Of a stretch of DNA of 53,551 nt, positions 29,520 to 38,539 are shown one piece after another (position 1 is the stretch's first letter; the number at the start of each line of letters is the position of its first letter). Location: positions 1 to 53,551 of the forward strand of contig JAEOTB010000055.1 in assembly GCA_016840065.1 (NCBI GenBank), read 5' to 3'. The notes under the pieces are model-generated. The model saw only the letters and a list, made by a program, of their open reading frames with translations. It made no database searches and had not been told where the DNA came from. Position numbers and translations under genes: made by a program. The DNA comes from Candidatus Hermodarchaeota archaeon. GTDB lineage: Archaea > Asgardarchaeota > Hermodarchaeia > Hermodarchaeales > Hermodarchaeaceae.

Positions 29520-30269
29520 TTAGAAATCGTCAAGTAGGGAATCGATTCCCTTTGTTGAGGGAAAGTTGATTCCAGAAGGAGTAACATCATAGGGGATTCG
29601 TCGAGTGTTGTAGTGTGGTCGGGGTGACTTGAGTATTCGTACGAACTTTTGGAGTTTGTCATGAACTTCGACAAGTGTAAGCTGTATGACGCCATCGTGT
29701 AGATGTTTGAAGCTTTCAGAAACGGTTGCGGGATGCATCTTGGGCACAAGTACAGCTAGTCCCACGCAACCCGCTAGCTTCATCAGCCGCACAGTACGTG
29801 AGGCTAGACGATGGGCTCGCTCGAAGCCAAAGTTGGTCACAGTTCCTGAGAAGCTGTCCACTATCACACGACTCGGTTGTTTCTTACGCTTTGAAATGAA
29901 ATCATAGGCTTGGTTATAGACGAACATCACCTTGTGGGGATCACTGGGATTAACCACTCGAATGGTTCCTAGTAGCTTGTCCTCTGTCTCAGACCAAAGA
30001 TCTAGGATAAGTAGCTGTTTTGCCTTGATAGCCTTATCCACATCCACACCTGAATCACTTAACCAGCTTATGACATCTTCAGCTGGTTCTTCATTGGAGG
30101 CATATACGACCAGTTCTTTGTGATCTAGTGCATACTTGATGAAGGCATAAACCAGGCTTTGGGGCTGTGTGCCGTTATCAGCCTCCAGCAGATAGCTCTT
30201 CCCTCGAAGAAGTGAACCGCCTAAGAGTTGATCAATTTCAGCAATTCCAAAGCTTCCTTCAGCAGCCAC
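29520..30269 (-). CDS. KaiC/RAD55-like RecA-fold protein with degenerate Walker A
   Basis: FGIAEIDQLLGGSL, ADNGTQPQ in place of GxxGxGKT, RVIVDS, DGVIQL, RILKS. Confidence 0.8.
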   Translation of the reverse strand: MAAEGSFGIAEIDQLLGGSLLRGKSYLLEADNGTQPQSLVYAFIKYALDHKELVVYASNEEPAEDVISWLSDSGVDVDKAIKAKQLLILDLWSETEDKLLGTIRVVNPSDPHKVMFVYNQAYDFISKRKKQPSRVIVDSFSGTVTNFGFERAHRLASRTVRLMKLAGCVGLAVLVPKMHPATVSESFKHLHDGVIQLTLVEVHDKLQKFVRILKSPRPHYNTRRIPYDVTPSGINFPSTKGIDSLLDDF

Positions 30270-30401
30270 TAGTTATGCCCCATCCTGTCAAAGATAGTTA
30301 ATGTAAGAAAAGTAGTTTGTTAAAAGTGTAACTTTGAGAATTGGTTGTTGAGGATTTCTTATAGATTTCCGCAAGAATCAGTCATTCGAGGTTCTCAGAG
30401 A

Positions 30402-31640
30402 TTAATCACCTGGGCCAGCTTGAAATTCACAGTGTTTATCGCCCTTTGCCAAGCACATTGTTTCTTGGCATCGCATGGGTTTGCCTTCTAGCTCTTCAAG
30501 CATGGCAGCTATAATTCCAGCGTGTATGAAGTCTACGGGGGCACCGAACCCTTTCATCACTTCTGCCACTGGAGATTTTCGTAGAATTATCGTGTACTCC
30601 TCACTGGTCGGATCCTTAGATATTTCCAAGTCACCGAATCCTAATAATTTGACAATCCGAGTAAAACCCTTGAGAGGATTGTCGGGATTCGCCGTTTTTA
30701 TCCTCTTTAGGAGAAGAGTTGGGGCACGCCGGACGGATTTGTAGGTTGAAGCGTAAATATCTGGACCAACCTTGGCAATGTCCTTTTCGGTAAGAAGCTG
30801 GCGAACTAGATGAGCAAGAGCTTCTGTGGGAAGAATCATGCACCGCTCACCGAAGAGCTGGAGAACCCCTTCTGCCACCTGATGTAGCCCGGTCTTCATT
30901 TCCTCTGACTTTTCAATTCCATTAAGGCTAATTGCTAACCCTGCGTCAGTTACTTCATAGGGGATGCGGCGTGTTTCAAAACCTGATAATGGAGATTTTA
31001 GTATTCGAATAAATTTCTGTAGCCTGTTATGGTGTTCTTGAAGAGTAAGCTGGATACATCCATCATAAAGATGTCTAAAGCTTTCTGAAACCGTTGGAGG
31101 ATGCATCTTTGGAATTAGAACCGACAGGCCAATTGCCTGTCCTATTTTCATCATACGGGTTGCACGGTCTGCAAGCCTATTAGCTCGTTCAAACCCAAAG
31201 GTACTCACTGCTCCTGACAGGCTCTCCATTACAACCCTTCTGGGTCTATCTTCTCTGTCTTCTAGCGCATTCTTAAACGCTTGATTGTAGGTATAGAGGA
31301 CCTTGTGAGGGTCATCGGGATTCCCGGCTCTGAGGATTCCTGGTCCATTGTCTTCGTTCTCTGACCAAAGGTCTAAGATGAGTAGTTGTTCCCCCTTGAT
31401 TGCCTTGTCTATATTGATAGAGTATTCTTTGAGTTTTACTAGGACGTCTTCAGCTGGTCCTTCATTGGTAGCGAAAACGACGAGTTCTCCCTTGGTCAAT
31501 GCGTGTTTGATGAAGGGAAATATTATGCTTTGGGGTTGAGTTCCGTTGTCAGCTTCAAGCAAGTAGCTTTTTCCACATATAAGGGAGCCACCAAGGAGCT
31601 GATCTATATCAGCAATTCCAAAACTTACATCAGGAACCAA
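30402..31640 (-). CDS. KaiC/RAD55-like (degenerate) domain fused to a V4R ligand-binding domain
   Basis: N-terminal half is paralogous to the neighbour. C-terminal LGFG...AGIIAA...CQETMCLAKGDKHCEF is a V4R signature. Confidence 0.85.
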   Translation of the reverse strand: MVPDVSFGIADIDQLLGGSLICGKSYLLEADNGTQPQSIIFPFIKHALTKGELVVFATNEGPAEDVLVKLKEYSINIDKAIKGEQLLILDLWSENEDNGPGILRAGNPDDPHKVLYTYNQAFKNALEDREDRPRRVVMESLSGAVSTFGFERANRLADRATRMMKIGQAIGLSVLIPKMHPPTVSESFRHLYDGCIQLTLQEHHNRLQKFIRILKSPLSGFETRRIPYEVTDAGLAISLNGIEKSEEMKTGLHQVAEGVLQLFGERCMILPTEALAHLVRQLLTEKDIAKVGPDIYASTYKSVRRAPTLLLKRIKTANPDNPLKGFTRIVKLLGFGDLEISKDPTSEEYTIILRKSPVAEVMKGFGAPVDFIHAGIIAAMLEELEGKPMRCQETMCLAKGDKHCEFQAGPGD

Positions 31641-31748
31641 AGTCTTCCTGCCTCAACGTCAAGACGAAATTCCTTAGTATAAGTACCATATATACTAGTA
31701 CCCTCGATAGAGGGAAACCAGAAGCTATTTGTGTTTTTCTAAAACCTA

Positions 31749-33296
31749 CTAGTGCCAAGGAAAGACATCGATGAGAGGTAAATAGGTGGGGTAGAAGAGA
31801 AAGACGTAGAGGAGGCAGTAGAGAAGGAGAATGAAGAAGAGAAGATATGTGGCGTTACGACCCTGACGGCGTAACCAGTCAATGGAGCTCTGCTCTGAAT
31901 CTTGTTCTTGTTTCATTCTTTTACTGCGGTAAGCTCCCACAAGGGCGAAGAAAATCATGCCTGAAAAAGTGAATAGGAGAACCGTCTTGAATTTTAGGAG
32001 TCCCCACCAAAAGAGGTGTGTGTAACTACCTACAGTGACGTAGAGGAGTGTGATGCCAAGGGCGGTTAGAAACAACCCTAGACGTGTGGCTCGATGTGGA
32101 CCTAATAGCACAGCGGTTGTGCGGAGCCCTGCTTGACGATCAGCATCATAGTCGGAGGCAGTGTGAACACCGTGGGTTCCTGCATAGAAGAAACCCGGAC
32201 CTATTAGGAGGAGAAGAGGAAGTGTTGGTTGAGCTGCAAGTATGATGAAGGCTGCGACTACTGCCATTGTACCAAAGGCCAGCCCAATCATGAAGAGGTC
32301 TATGAAGGGCTTTGCTTTGAGGCGAAGGGGAGGGCCTGAGTAAAGACAGCCCAGTAAAACAATACTTAGTAGCACCACAAAGAAGAGAGGAGATACTAGT
32401 ATGGCTAGTACTACGGCGACTAAGAGCATGCTAAGGGCTAGTAGAATTCCCTCACGTTTGCTGACACGTCCAGCGGCAAGGGGAAGCTTGGACTTCTCAG
32501 AATGAGCCCTGTCAGTGTCTAGGTCACCAAGCTGATTCTGGATGAAGATGAAAGAATTGAGAAGACAAATTGAGATTAGAGCGGCTGAAAAACGGAGCCA
32601 TGTAAAAGGATTGTGAAGGGGAAAAGAAGGCGGTACACTTAGAGGTGGACCTCCGAGAATGAGAAAGGATAGTGTTACAAGGAAGACTGAGCCCAGCCAT
32701 ACATTGAAGCGAGTGAGTTGAGCTAGAACCTTCCAGAAAGGCACGGAATCTGACTCATCAACAGGACTCTCATCTGAAGAGAGGGCTGCTTTACTTCTTG
32801 GTTGTTTGTAGAGATTCAGCAGAGCAGTGGCTGCTAGAACAATGGTAAGAAAGCCAGTTGTGAGGGGATTTATGGGTGGAAAGATAAAGGCCCACAATAG
32901 ATACATGAGTACGGGATTGATAGGGGCTAACTCAGGCCAAGGGTGACCTGCTTGAAGGTTCAAGAAAGTCTCTACAGTAAATGAAGCAAAAAGGAGAGCA
33001 GCTATCGCATGGATGATGCTGTCAGACCGAGTTCGCCACCAACCAAAGAGGCTGAATCGGATTAGATACATTGCAGAAGCGAAGAGGATGATGAAGAGTG
33101 GTAGGAAAAGCCCGTTTTGGTAAGCGAGATTCATGGTTACCCCTGGAACAAGTAACCCTGCGATAAATTCTATGAGCATGCCCGTGATAAGGAGGATTAT
33201 TCCTAGGATGAAATATAGGCGCTTTCTCCAGCGGTTTGCTTGCACCATGACAGACTCTAATGAATAGATGCCCCTATTTAAACTAAAGAGCCGCAA
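31749..33296 (-). CDS. UbiA-family prenyltransferase with extra N-terminal membrane domain
   Basis: NQLGDLDTD, YSGPPLRLKAKP, DYDADRQAGLRTTAVLLG. About 160 aa of additional TM helices at the N-terminus. Confidence 0.85.
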   Translation of the reverse strand: MRLFSLNRGIYSLESVMVQANRWRKRLYFILGIILLITGMLIEFIAGLLVPGVTMNLAYQNGLFLPLFIILFASAMYLIRFSLFGWWRTRSDSIIHAIAALLFASFTVETFLNLQAGHPWPELAPINPVLMYLLWAFIFPPINPLTTGFLTIVLAATALLNLYKQPRSKAALSSDESPVDESDSVPFWKVLAQLTRFNVWLGSVFLVTLSFLILGGPPLSVPPSFPLHNPFTWLRFSAALISICLLNSFIFIQNQLGDLDTDRAHSEKSKLPLAAGRVSKREGILLALSMLLVAVVLAILVSPLFFVVLLSIVLLGCLYSGPPLRLKAKPFIDLFMIGLAFGTMAVVAAFIILAAQPTLPLLLLIGPGFFYAGTHGVHTASDYDADRQAGLRTTAVLLGPHRATRLGLFLTALGITLLYVTVGSYTHLFWWGLLKFKTVLLFTFSGMIFFALVGAYRSKRMKQEQDSEQSSIDWLRRQGRNATYLLFFILLLYCLLYVFLFYPTYLPLIDVFPWH

Positions 33297-33361
33297 GAAA
33301 GAATAAAAAGGACGTTAGGAGGCAATATTGCTCTCTTCGGTTATGCAGGAAGTTATATTTC

Positions 33362-34306
33362 ATGAAACCTCGGATTGCAGTAGTTGCAATTGGTGGGAAC
33401 TCGCTCATCAGGGACAATGACCACCAAACAATTCAAGACCAATATGCTGCTGCACAAGAAACTTGCATTCATATTGCCAACCTTGTACAGCTTGGCTGGC
33501 ATGTTGCCATAACCCACGGGAATGGTCCTCAGGTGGGTTTCTGTCTTCGACGCTCGGAACTAGCTGCTGAAGAAGTTCCAGAGTCGCCCCTTCATATTTG
33601 CGGAGCTGAAACTCAAGGATCGATAGGTTACATGTTGCAGCAAATCCTTTACGGCGAGTTTCATAAACGAGGTTTGCTTCAGGACATCGTTACTCTTGTC
33701 ACCCAAGTCATCGTTAGCCAAGATGACTCAGCGTTCTCTGATCCAACCAAGCCTATTGGATCCTACATGGATGAGAAAACAGCCCAGCAAAGAGAAGCCG
33801 AGGGTTGGCAAGTTCGAGAAGTTGAAAGGGGTCGTTGGCGTCGGGTAGTTCCTTCACCAAAACCGCTAAGAATTGTCGAGGAGCCTGTGATAACCAATCT
33901 CCTGAGGGCAGGAGTTGTGGTCATAACTGCAGGTGGTGGAGGTATTCCTGTTGTTGAAGATGAAGAAGGTTGTCTAGAAGGAGTGGCTGCAGTCATAGAT
34001 AAGGATCGAGTCTCAGCCTTACTCGGGAACACCCTTGGGGCCCGGCTCCTACTCATTTCTACCAAGGTTGATAAGGTCTACATCAACTATGGTGAGCCAG
34101 GGCAAAAAGCGATTGAAACGATGAGTATATCGACAGCTCGTCGCTACCTCAAAGAGGGACACTTTAAGGCTGGTTCAATGAAGCCAAAAATCGAGTCCGC
34201 CATCACCTTTCTTGAGAATGGAGGTAAGCAGGCAATCATCACTTCTCCTGAAAACTTGACTGAGGCCTTAATCAGAAATGCAGGAACAAGAATACTTCCC
34301 GATTGA
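33362..34306 (+). CDS. arcC: Carbamate kinase
   Basis: AIGGNSL, THGNGPQVG, PTKPIG, RRVVPSP, GGGGIPV, AVIDKD, GSMKPK. Confidence 0.95.
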   Translation: MKPRIAVVAIGGNSLIRDNDHQTIQDQYAAAQETCIHIANLVQLGWHVAITHGNGPQVGFCLRRSELAAEEVPESPLHICGAETQGSIGYMLQQILYGEFHKRGLLQDIVTLVTQVIVSQDDSAFSDPTKPIGSYMDEKTAQQREAEGWQVREVERGRWRRVVPSPKPLRIVEEPVITNLLRAGVVVITAGGGGIPVVEDEEGCLEGVAAVIDKDRVSALLGNTLGARLLLISTKVDKVYINYGEPGQKAIETMSISTARRYLKEGHFKAGSMKPKIESAITFLENGGKQAIITSPENLTEALIRNAGTRILPD

Positions 34307-35175
34307 AATCGAGTCAGAGGTGGCTTGAGTTGAATGATGTGAATGACCTCTTCTGGCCCATACATCAAGCAGAGGTTTCGAGTAAAGAGTGGACGGAAGA
34401 ACTGCTTACTCGAGTAACAAAGGTTCTGAAAAAGGAACCACTGCTAATCACCCTGCCTGATGGACCTCTCGTTTTTGTTGGAGATACTCATGGAGATTGG
34501 GAGGCAACTTTGAGCATCATTGAACAATACTGGGACTCGCCCACAACCTTTGTATTTCTAGGTGACTATGTGGACCGGGGACCACGCCAAGTTGAGAATA
34601 TCAACCTTCTCTTTAGTCTCAAGTGCCAAGCCCCAGAACGTTTGATTCTTCTAAGGGGTAATCATGAGACAGAATCAATAAACCGGCGCTATGGGTTCTA
34701 CTCAGAGGTCAAGGATAAACTAGGTGATTTGACTGAGGAATACGCTCGTAGTTTCCAGGAACTTCCTCTAGCAGCTGTAAGTAATCGTCGGGGAACCTTT
34801 GCGGTACATGGCGGCATAGCTGAAGGCTTAGAGGAGATTGGGGAAATTAACGAGCTGCCACGAGAGAAGGAAATAGAGAATCATATTACCTTTCAGCTTC
34901 TTTGGAATGATCCCAAGGAGAAGATTCAGGGATTTAAACCGAATCCTAGAGGGGGCGGAAGCCGCCTGTATGGTCGTGATGTGACTGAAGAGTTCCTTGA
35001 GAGAAACGGCTTGAAATTCATTATTCGTGCTCATGAAGTGTTCGAGCAAGGGTACCATGAGTTCTTCGACGGGCTTGTTATCAGCCTATTCTCTTGTCGC
35101 TGTTATCGCAGGCCAATGGAAGGAAAGGTACTTCACATAGATAGCGATGGTGTGCAGCGACCCGTTCGAGTCTAA
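34303..35175 (+). CDS. PPP-family Ser/Thr protein phosphatase (PP1/PP2A-like)
   Basis: GDTHG, GDYVDRG, LRGNHE, VHGG, LLWNDP, IRAHE, ISLFS. Confidence 0.92.
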   Translation: MKSSQRWLELNDVNDLFWPIHQAEVSSKEWTEELLTRVTKVLKKEPLLITLPDGPLVFVGDTHGDWEATLSIIEQYWDSPTTFVFLGDYVDRGPRQVENINLLFSLKCQAPERLILLRGNHETESINRRYGFYSEVKDKLGDLTEEYARSFQELPLAAVSNRRGTFAVHGGIAEGLEEIGEINELPREKEIENHITFQLLWNDPKEKIQGFKPNPRGGGSRLYGRDVTEEFLERNGLKFIIRAHEVFEQGYHEFFDGLVISLFSCRCYRRPMEGKVLHIDSDGVQRPVRV

Positions 35176-37139
35176 CCCAATTTGACAGAGGGAATTCTTA
35201 GAATAAAGACGGTACCATAACGTCTATCTCCAGGGATACGATTACTAACCTCAACTTTTCCTTTAAAGGATGCAGCTATTTTTTCCACTAGGAGTAGAGT
35301 CAAGGGCGAGTCCTTTGCAGGGCGAAGGTCTCGGCGGAAAAGGAGATCCTTTTCTTCGTCTGGAATTACGTTTCCCTCATCGGAGAAGGTAACTTGCCAA
35401 TAGGTTACAGCAGCCCAAGTGATTTCCTTAGCTGCTACTTCAATGGTCACTTTGTTGTGGGGGTTCTTTTCAATCATGTAATGCAAGAGGTTCGTGAAAA
35501 GGTCATGAAGTAGGAGATTTGCTAATACATAGCAACCGGACCTTGGTAGCTTCGAGGGAATAGTTAATTCTCTTTGATTGAAGTGCTCCTTTACCTCCTC
35601 AGTCACTTTTGATAGAATTCTACACATGTCAACGCGAGAAAGCTCAGGAGCTTGATTCGAACCGATTTGACGGATTTTCAGTACAGAACTGATAAGCCTT
35701 TGTATCCATTTTGCCTCTTTGGTTACTCCCAAGACGTATTCACTGGCTCGGGGGTCATCCTTAAGCATCTCGGTTAGAGCTTCTGCGTTACCTTGAATCT
35801 CTTGACTTCTCTCCATTACTTGAGAGACAAGGAGTTCATCGTATTGATCCCTTTCAGAGATTACCCCTGGTTTTGAAGATCTCCTTACTCTTCTAGCTTG
35901 TTTGGCTTTATTTAACTCGAAACGGATACGTTTCATCCTCTCGATAAGAAGACGGTAATTATCTGAGAGGGATTGAAGTTCAGTAAAGAGTAAGTGACGT
36001 GGTTCCTCGTAGGCTGTTATTCCAGGTTCACTAACATCTAATACCTGTTCTTCTAGCTTCTCGAGCGGCCGAAACATAAGACCAAAGAGAAAGAAGGATA
36101 CTGCTCCTCCGAATACTAGGAGGATTCCCACAAGGGAGAAGAAACCGATCCCGATAATCTGCATCGCGATGGCTGCATCCCCCAGGGGGAGGAAAATTAA
36201 GAGAACACCTTGGATTAGAGAAACAGCAGTAATTATCAGGATTAGTAGAATTCCCATTAGAAGTGAAATTATCAATATCGTTGCAACTGCGGTGTAGCGA
36301 ACAGAGGCAGGGCGGTGTTCTGGCATATTTTCGATTGTCTGTGCAAAGATGGCCAATGCGGTGACAAGGAACATCAGATTTGAGAGAAGGAGAAGACTAT
36401 CTGACACGGAGCCAGCAAGATAGAAGACAGGAACCATTGAATGGAGAAAACCGTATTGGAAGGCAAAATGAGTATAGGCTAAGAACTGGATTGAAACTGT
36501 GATGACCAAGGTGGCTCGGCAAAGATGATCAATTAGTTCATAAGGTGTGTTCTTTGCGAAAAAGAAACTCCACGCGAATACAATGGCAAACCACCCCAAC
36601 AACATTCTAGCTCCAGCAATAAGGGCAAAGGGGACAAGGGGCACGCCAAGGAGATTCGCATTGTAAACGTGAAGAAGGAAGCCAAGGAACAGTATAACAA
36701 GTGCGATGTATCCTACGATAGAGGTAAGGCTCCGTCTGCCCCGCTGCTCTCCTGTTATTACAGCTAATCCAATAACTAGAACGATTAGTGCGAGTAATTC
36801 GAAACTAGTAGTTCCACTGGGAAAGCCTATGGAGGAACTAAGAAAGAAGACTTCGATTAGGAACCATGTAACACCGATAACATTGATAATGCCCACTAGT
36901 AGGAGCAGAATCATCAAACGCCGAATAACCTTGTTTTGATACCCTTGAAGGCAGAAGCACACACAGATGACTGCGACGTTACTTAGTAAACGAACCCCAA
37001 AGATGTAGGATAACAGAAAGGGCTGAGCACCTACAAACAAGGGAATAATTGAGAGAAATATTACAAAGGGGAGAGAAAGGGCAATGATTCCTTGATTATA
37101 GCGTTGAAGCCAGCGACTTCTTCCTATTAATTTTGACAA
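35172..37139 (-). CDS. Membrane-bound histidine-kinase-like protein with degenerate motifs
   Basis: Many TM helices, HAMP-like RPLEKL segment, HATPase-like LFTNLL...DEGNVIP..KDLLF...GTVFILRIP. Confidence 0.75.
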   Translation of the reverse strand: MSKLIGRSRWLQRYNQGIIALSLPFVIFLSIIPLFVGAQPFLLSYIFGVRLLSNVAVICVCFCLQGYQNKVIRRLMILLLLVGIINVIGVTWFLIEVFFLSSSIGFPSGTTSFELLALIVLVIGLAVITGEQRGRRSLTSIVGYIALVILFLGFLLHVYNANLLGVPLVPFALIAGARMLLGWFAIVFAWSFFFAKNTPYELIDHLCRATLVITVSIQFLAYTHFAFQYGFLHSMVPVFYLAGSVSDSLLLLSNLMFLVTALAIFAQTIENMPEHRPASVRYTAVATILIISLLMGILLILIITAVSLIQGVLLIFLPLGDAAIAMQIIGIGFFSLVGILLVFGGAVSFFLFGLMFRPLEKLEEQVLDVSEPGITAYEEPRHLLFTELQSLSDNYRLLIERMKRIRFELNKAKQARRVRRSSKPGVISERDQYDELLVSQVMERSQEIQGNAEALTEMLKDDPRASEYVLGVTKEAKWIQRLISSVLKIRQIGSNQAPELSRVDMCRILSKVTEEVKEHFNQRELTIPSKLPRSGCYVLANLLLHDLFTNLLHYMIEKNPHNKVTIEVAAKEITWAAVTYWQVTFSDEGNVIPDEEKDLLFRRDLRPAKDSPLTLLLVEKIAASFKGKVEVSNRIPGDRRYGTVFILRIPSVKLG

Positions 37140-37202
37140 CCTCGCCCACCATCTATTACCGAATTAAAACGAGAGAGAACAGATTAGCTTTAAAGCCTTT
37201 GC

Positions 37203-38333
37203 TTAGTCTCTCAACCCCTGAGCTTCTTTGATGGCTGATTCAATCTCTACTGAAAGCTTGGGACCAATCCCATGGATTGCTCGAAGCCCAGCGCGCCCCT
37301 CCTTTTCCAGGACCTCTAGTAAGTTCTTGGACTGGGCATCAACGATTCGCCCTGCTTTCCTGAGGGCGAATTCCCGAAAGCCAGTTATCCCCTTTAAGGT
37401 AAGCCGGTAGGCACGGTCGTAGAGAATTTCAGCTACTCGTAGGTTGAAGGCTAGTGGATGATCGGGTGGTATTGGTCGAGGAATGCGGTCAGAGAGCCCA
37501 TACTCTTGGCAAAGCCGTTCTACACGTCGTCCCAGATTGGCAATGTAATGTGGATGAGGAGCATAGGCTGTATTGTTTTCATAGAGCAGCTCATATTTTT
37601 CAAGGAGTTTCGGATCGTAGCGTCTAAGTGCCTCGAAAAACCATTCGCGCTGTTTGGATGCGAGCGTCAAGGACCCCACCAACACATATTGCCCGCCGTT
37701 ATTTTTTGTCTCCTGTATTACAGCTTCCAGGTTCTCCTCATTATCATAGATGTAGGGTAGCGCTGGCATCAAGGCAGTCCCAGTGTAGAGTCCTGCTTTA
37801 GCGAATTTCCGCATCGCATTGAAACGGTTCTTCACGCTTGGTGCACCAGGTTCGAAGAGTCGGCGGGTCTTATCATCTCTTGTTGTTATGATTGAGAATC
37901 CTGTAATCACGGTGATGTCTCTAGAAATCATTCGTCGAAGAATGTTGAGATCCTTAAGAACCAAGTCAGACTTTTCCAAGATGAAAACTGGGAATTCCCG
38001 GTCAAGGCAAATCTGAAGCATCCTTTTGGAGAGCCTGTAGCGCTTTTCCAAGGGTTGCCAATCACCTACACCGATTAAACCCTTAGGGGAAAGGGGAAGC
38101 TCTTTACGGAGAAGGGTTGGAGCGTTCGCCTTGACTTTAATTATTCTAGCAAAGTCAGCAGGGTTCGCGTAAGGAGTGTACTTCTCTTCTCTTGTATAGC
38201 AATATTCACATCCATGTGCACAACCTATGTAGGGATGTGCAGAATACTGTGTCCAAAACCAAGGGTCTAAGTGTTTGTGCTTGTTGACTATCCGCTTTGC
38301 CTTGTATTCCTTAACTATGATTTGCATCCACAT
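37203..38333 (-). CDS. SplB-like radical SAM protein fused to a PolX-type HhH (8-kDa) domain
   Basis: PYIGCAHGCEYCY, IKVKANAP, DWQPLE, EPGAPS..NR. C-terminal FALRKAG...IHGIGPKL. Confidence 0.85.
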   Translation of the reverse strand: MWMQIIVKEYKAKRIVNKHKHLDPWFWTQYSAHPYIGCAHGCEYCYTREEKYTPYANPADFARIIKVKANAPTLLRKELPLSPKGLIGVGDWQPLEKRYRLSKRMLQICLDREFPVFILEKSDLVLKDLNILRRMISRDITVITGFSIITTRDDKTRRLFEPGAPSVKNRFNAMRKFAKAGLYTGTALMPALPYIYDNEENLEAVIQETKNNGGQYVLVGSLTLASKQREWFFEALRRYDPKLLEKYELLYENNTAYAPHPHYIANLGRRVERLCQEYGLSDRIPRPIPPDHPLAFNLRVAEILYDRAYRLTLKGITGFREFALRKAGRIVDAQSKNLLEVLEKEGRAGLRAIHGIGPKLSVEIESAIKEAQGLRD

Positions 38334-38539
38334 TGCCCTTCCATTAGACCTGTGTTCTTTGGTAGAGCACTTAGATGTACTATCTAATAATTCCGATGCT
38401 ATTAGAGAAATTATTTTCGTCTATGGTAAATAGATTACCTTCCTTTTAGTAATTCCCAGACACACCCTCCGTTCCTCCAGCATCAAATCTAGGTAGACAA
38501 TGTTTCAATGGAGCGAAGGAATCGTTCAGGTTTTTGAGG

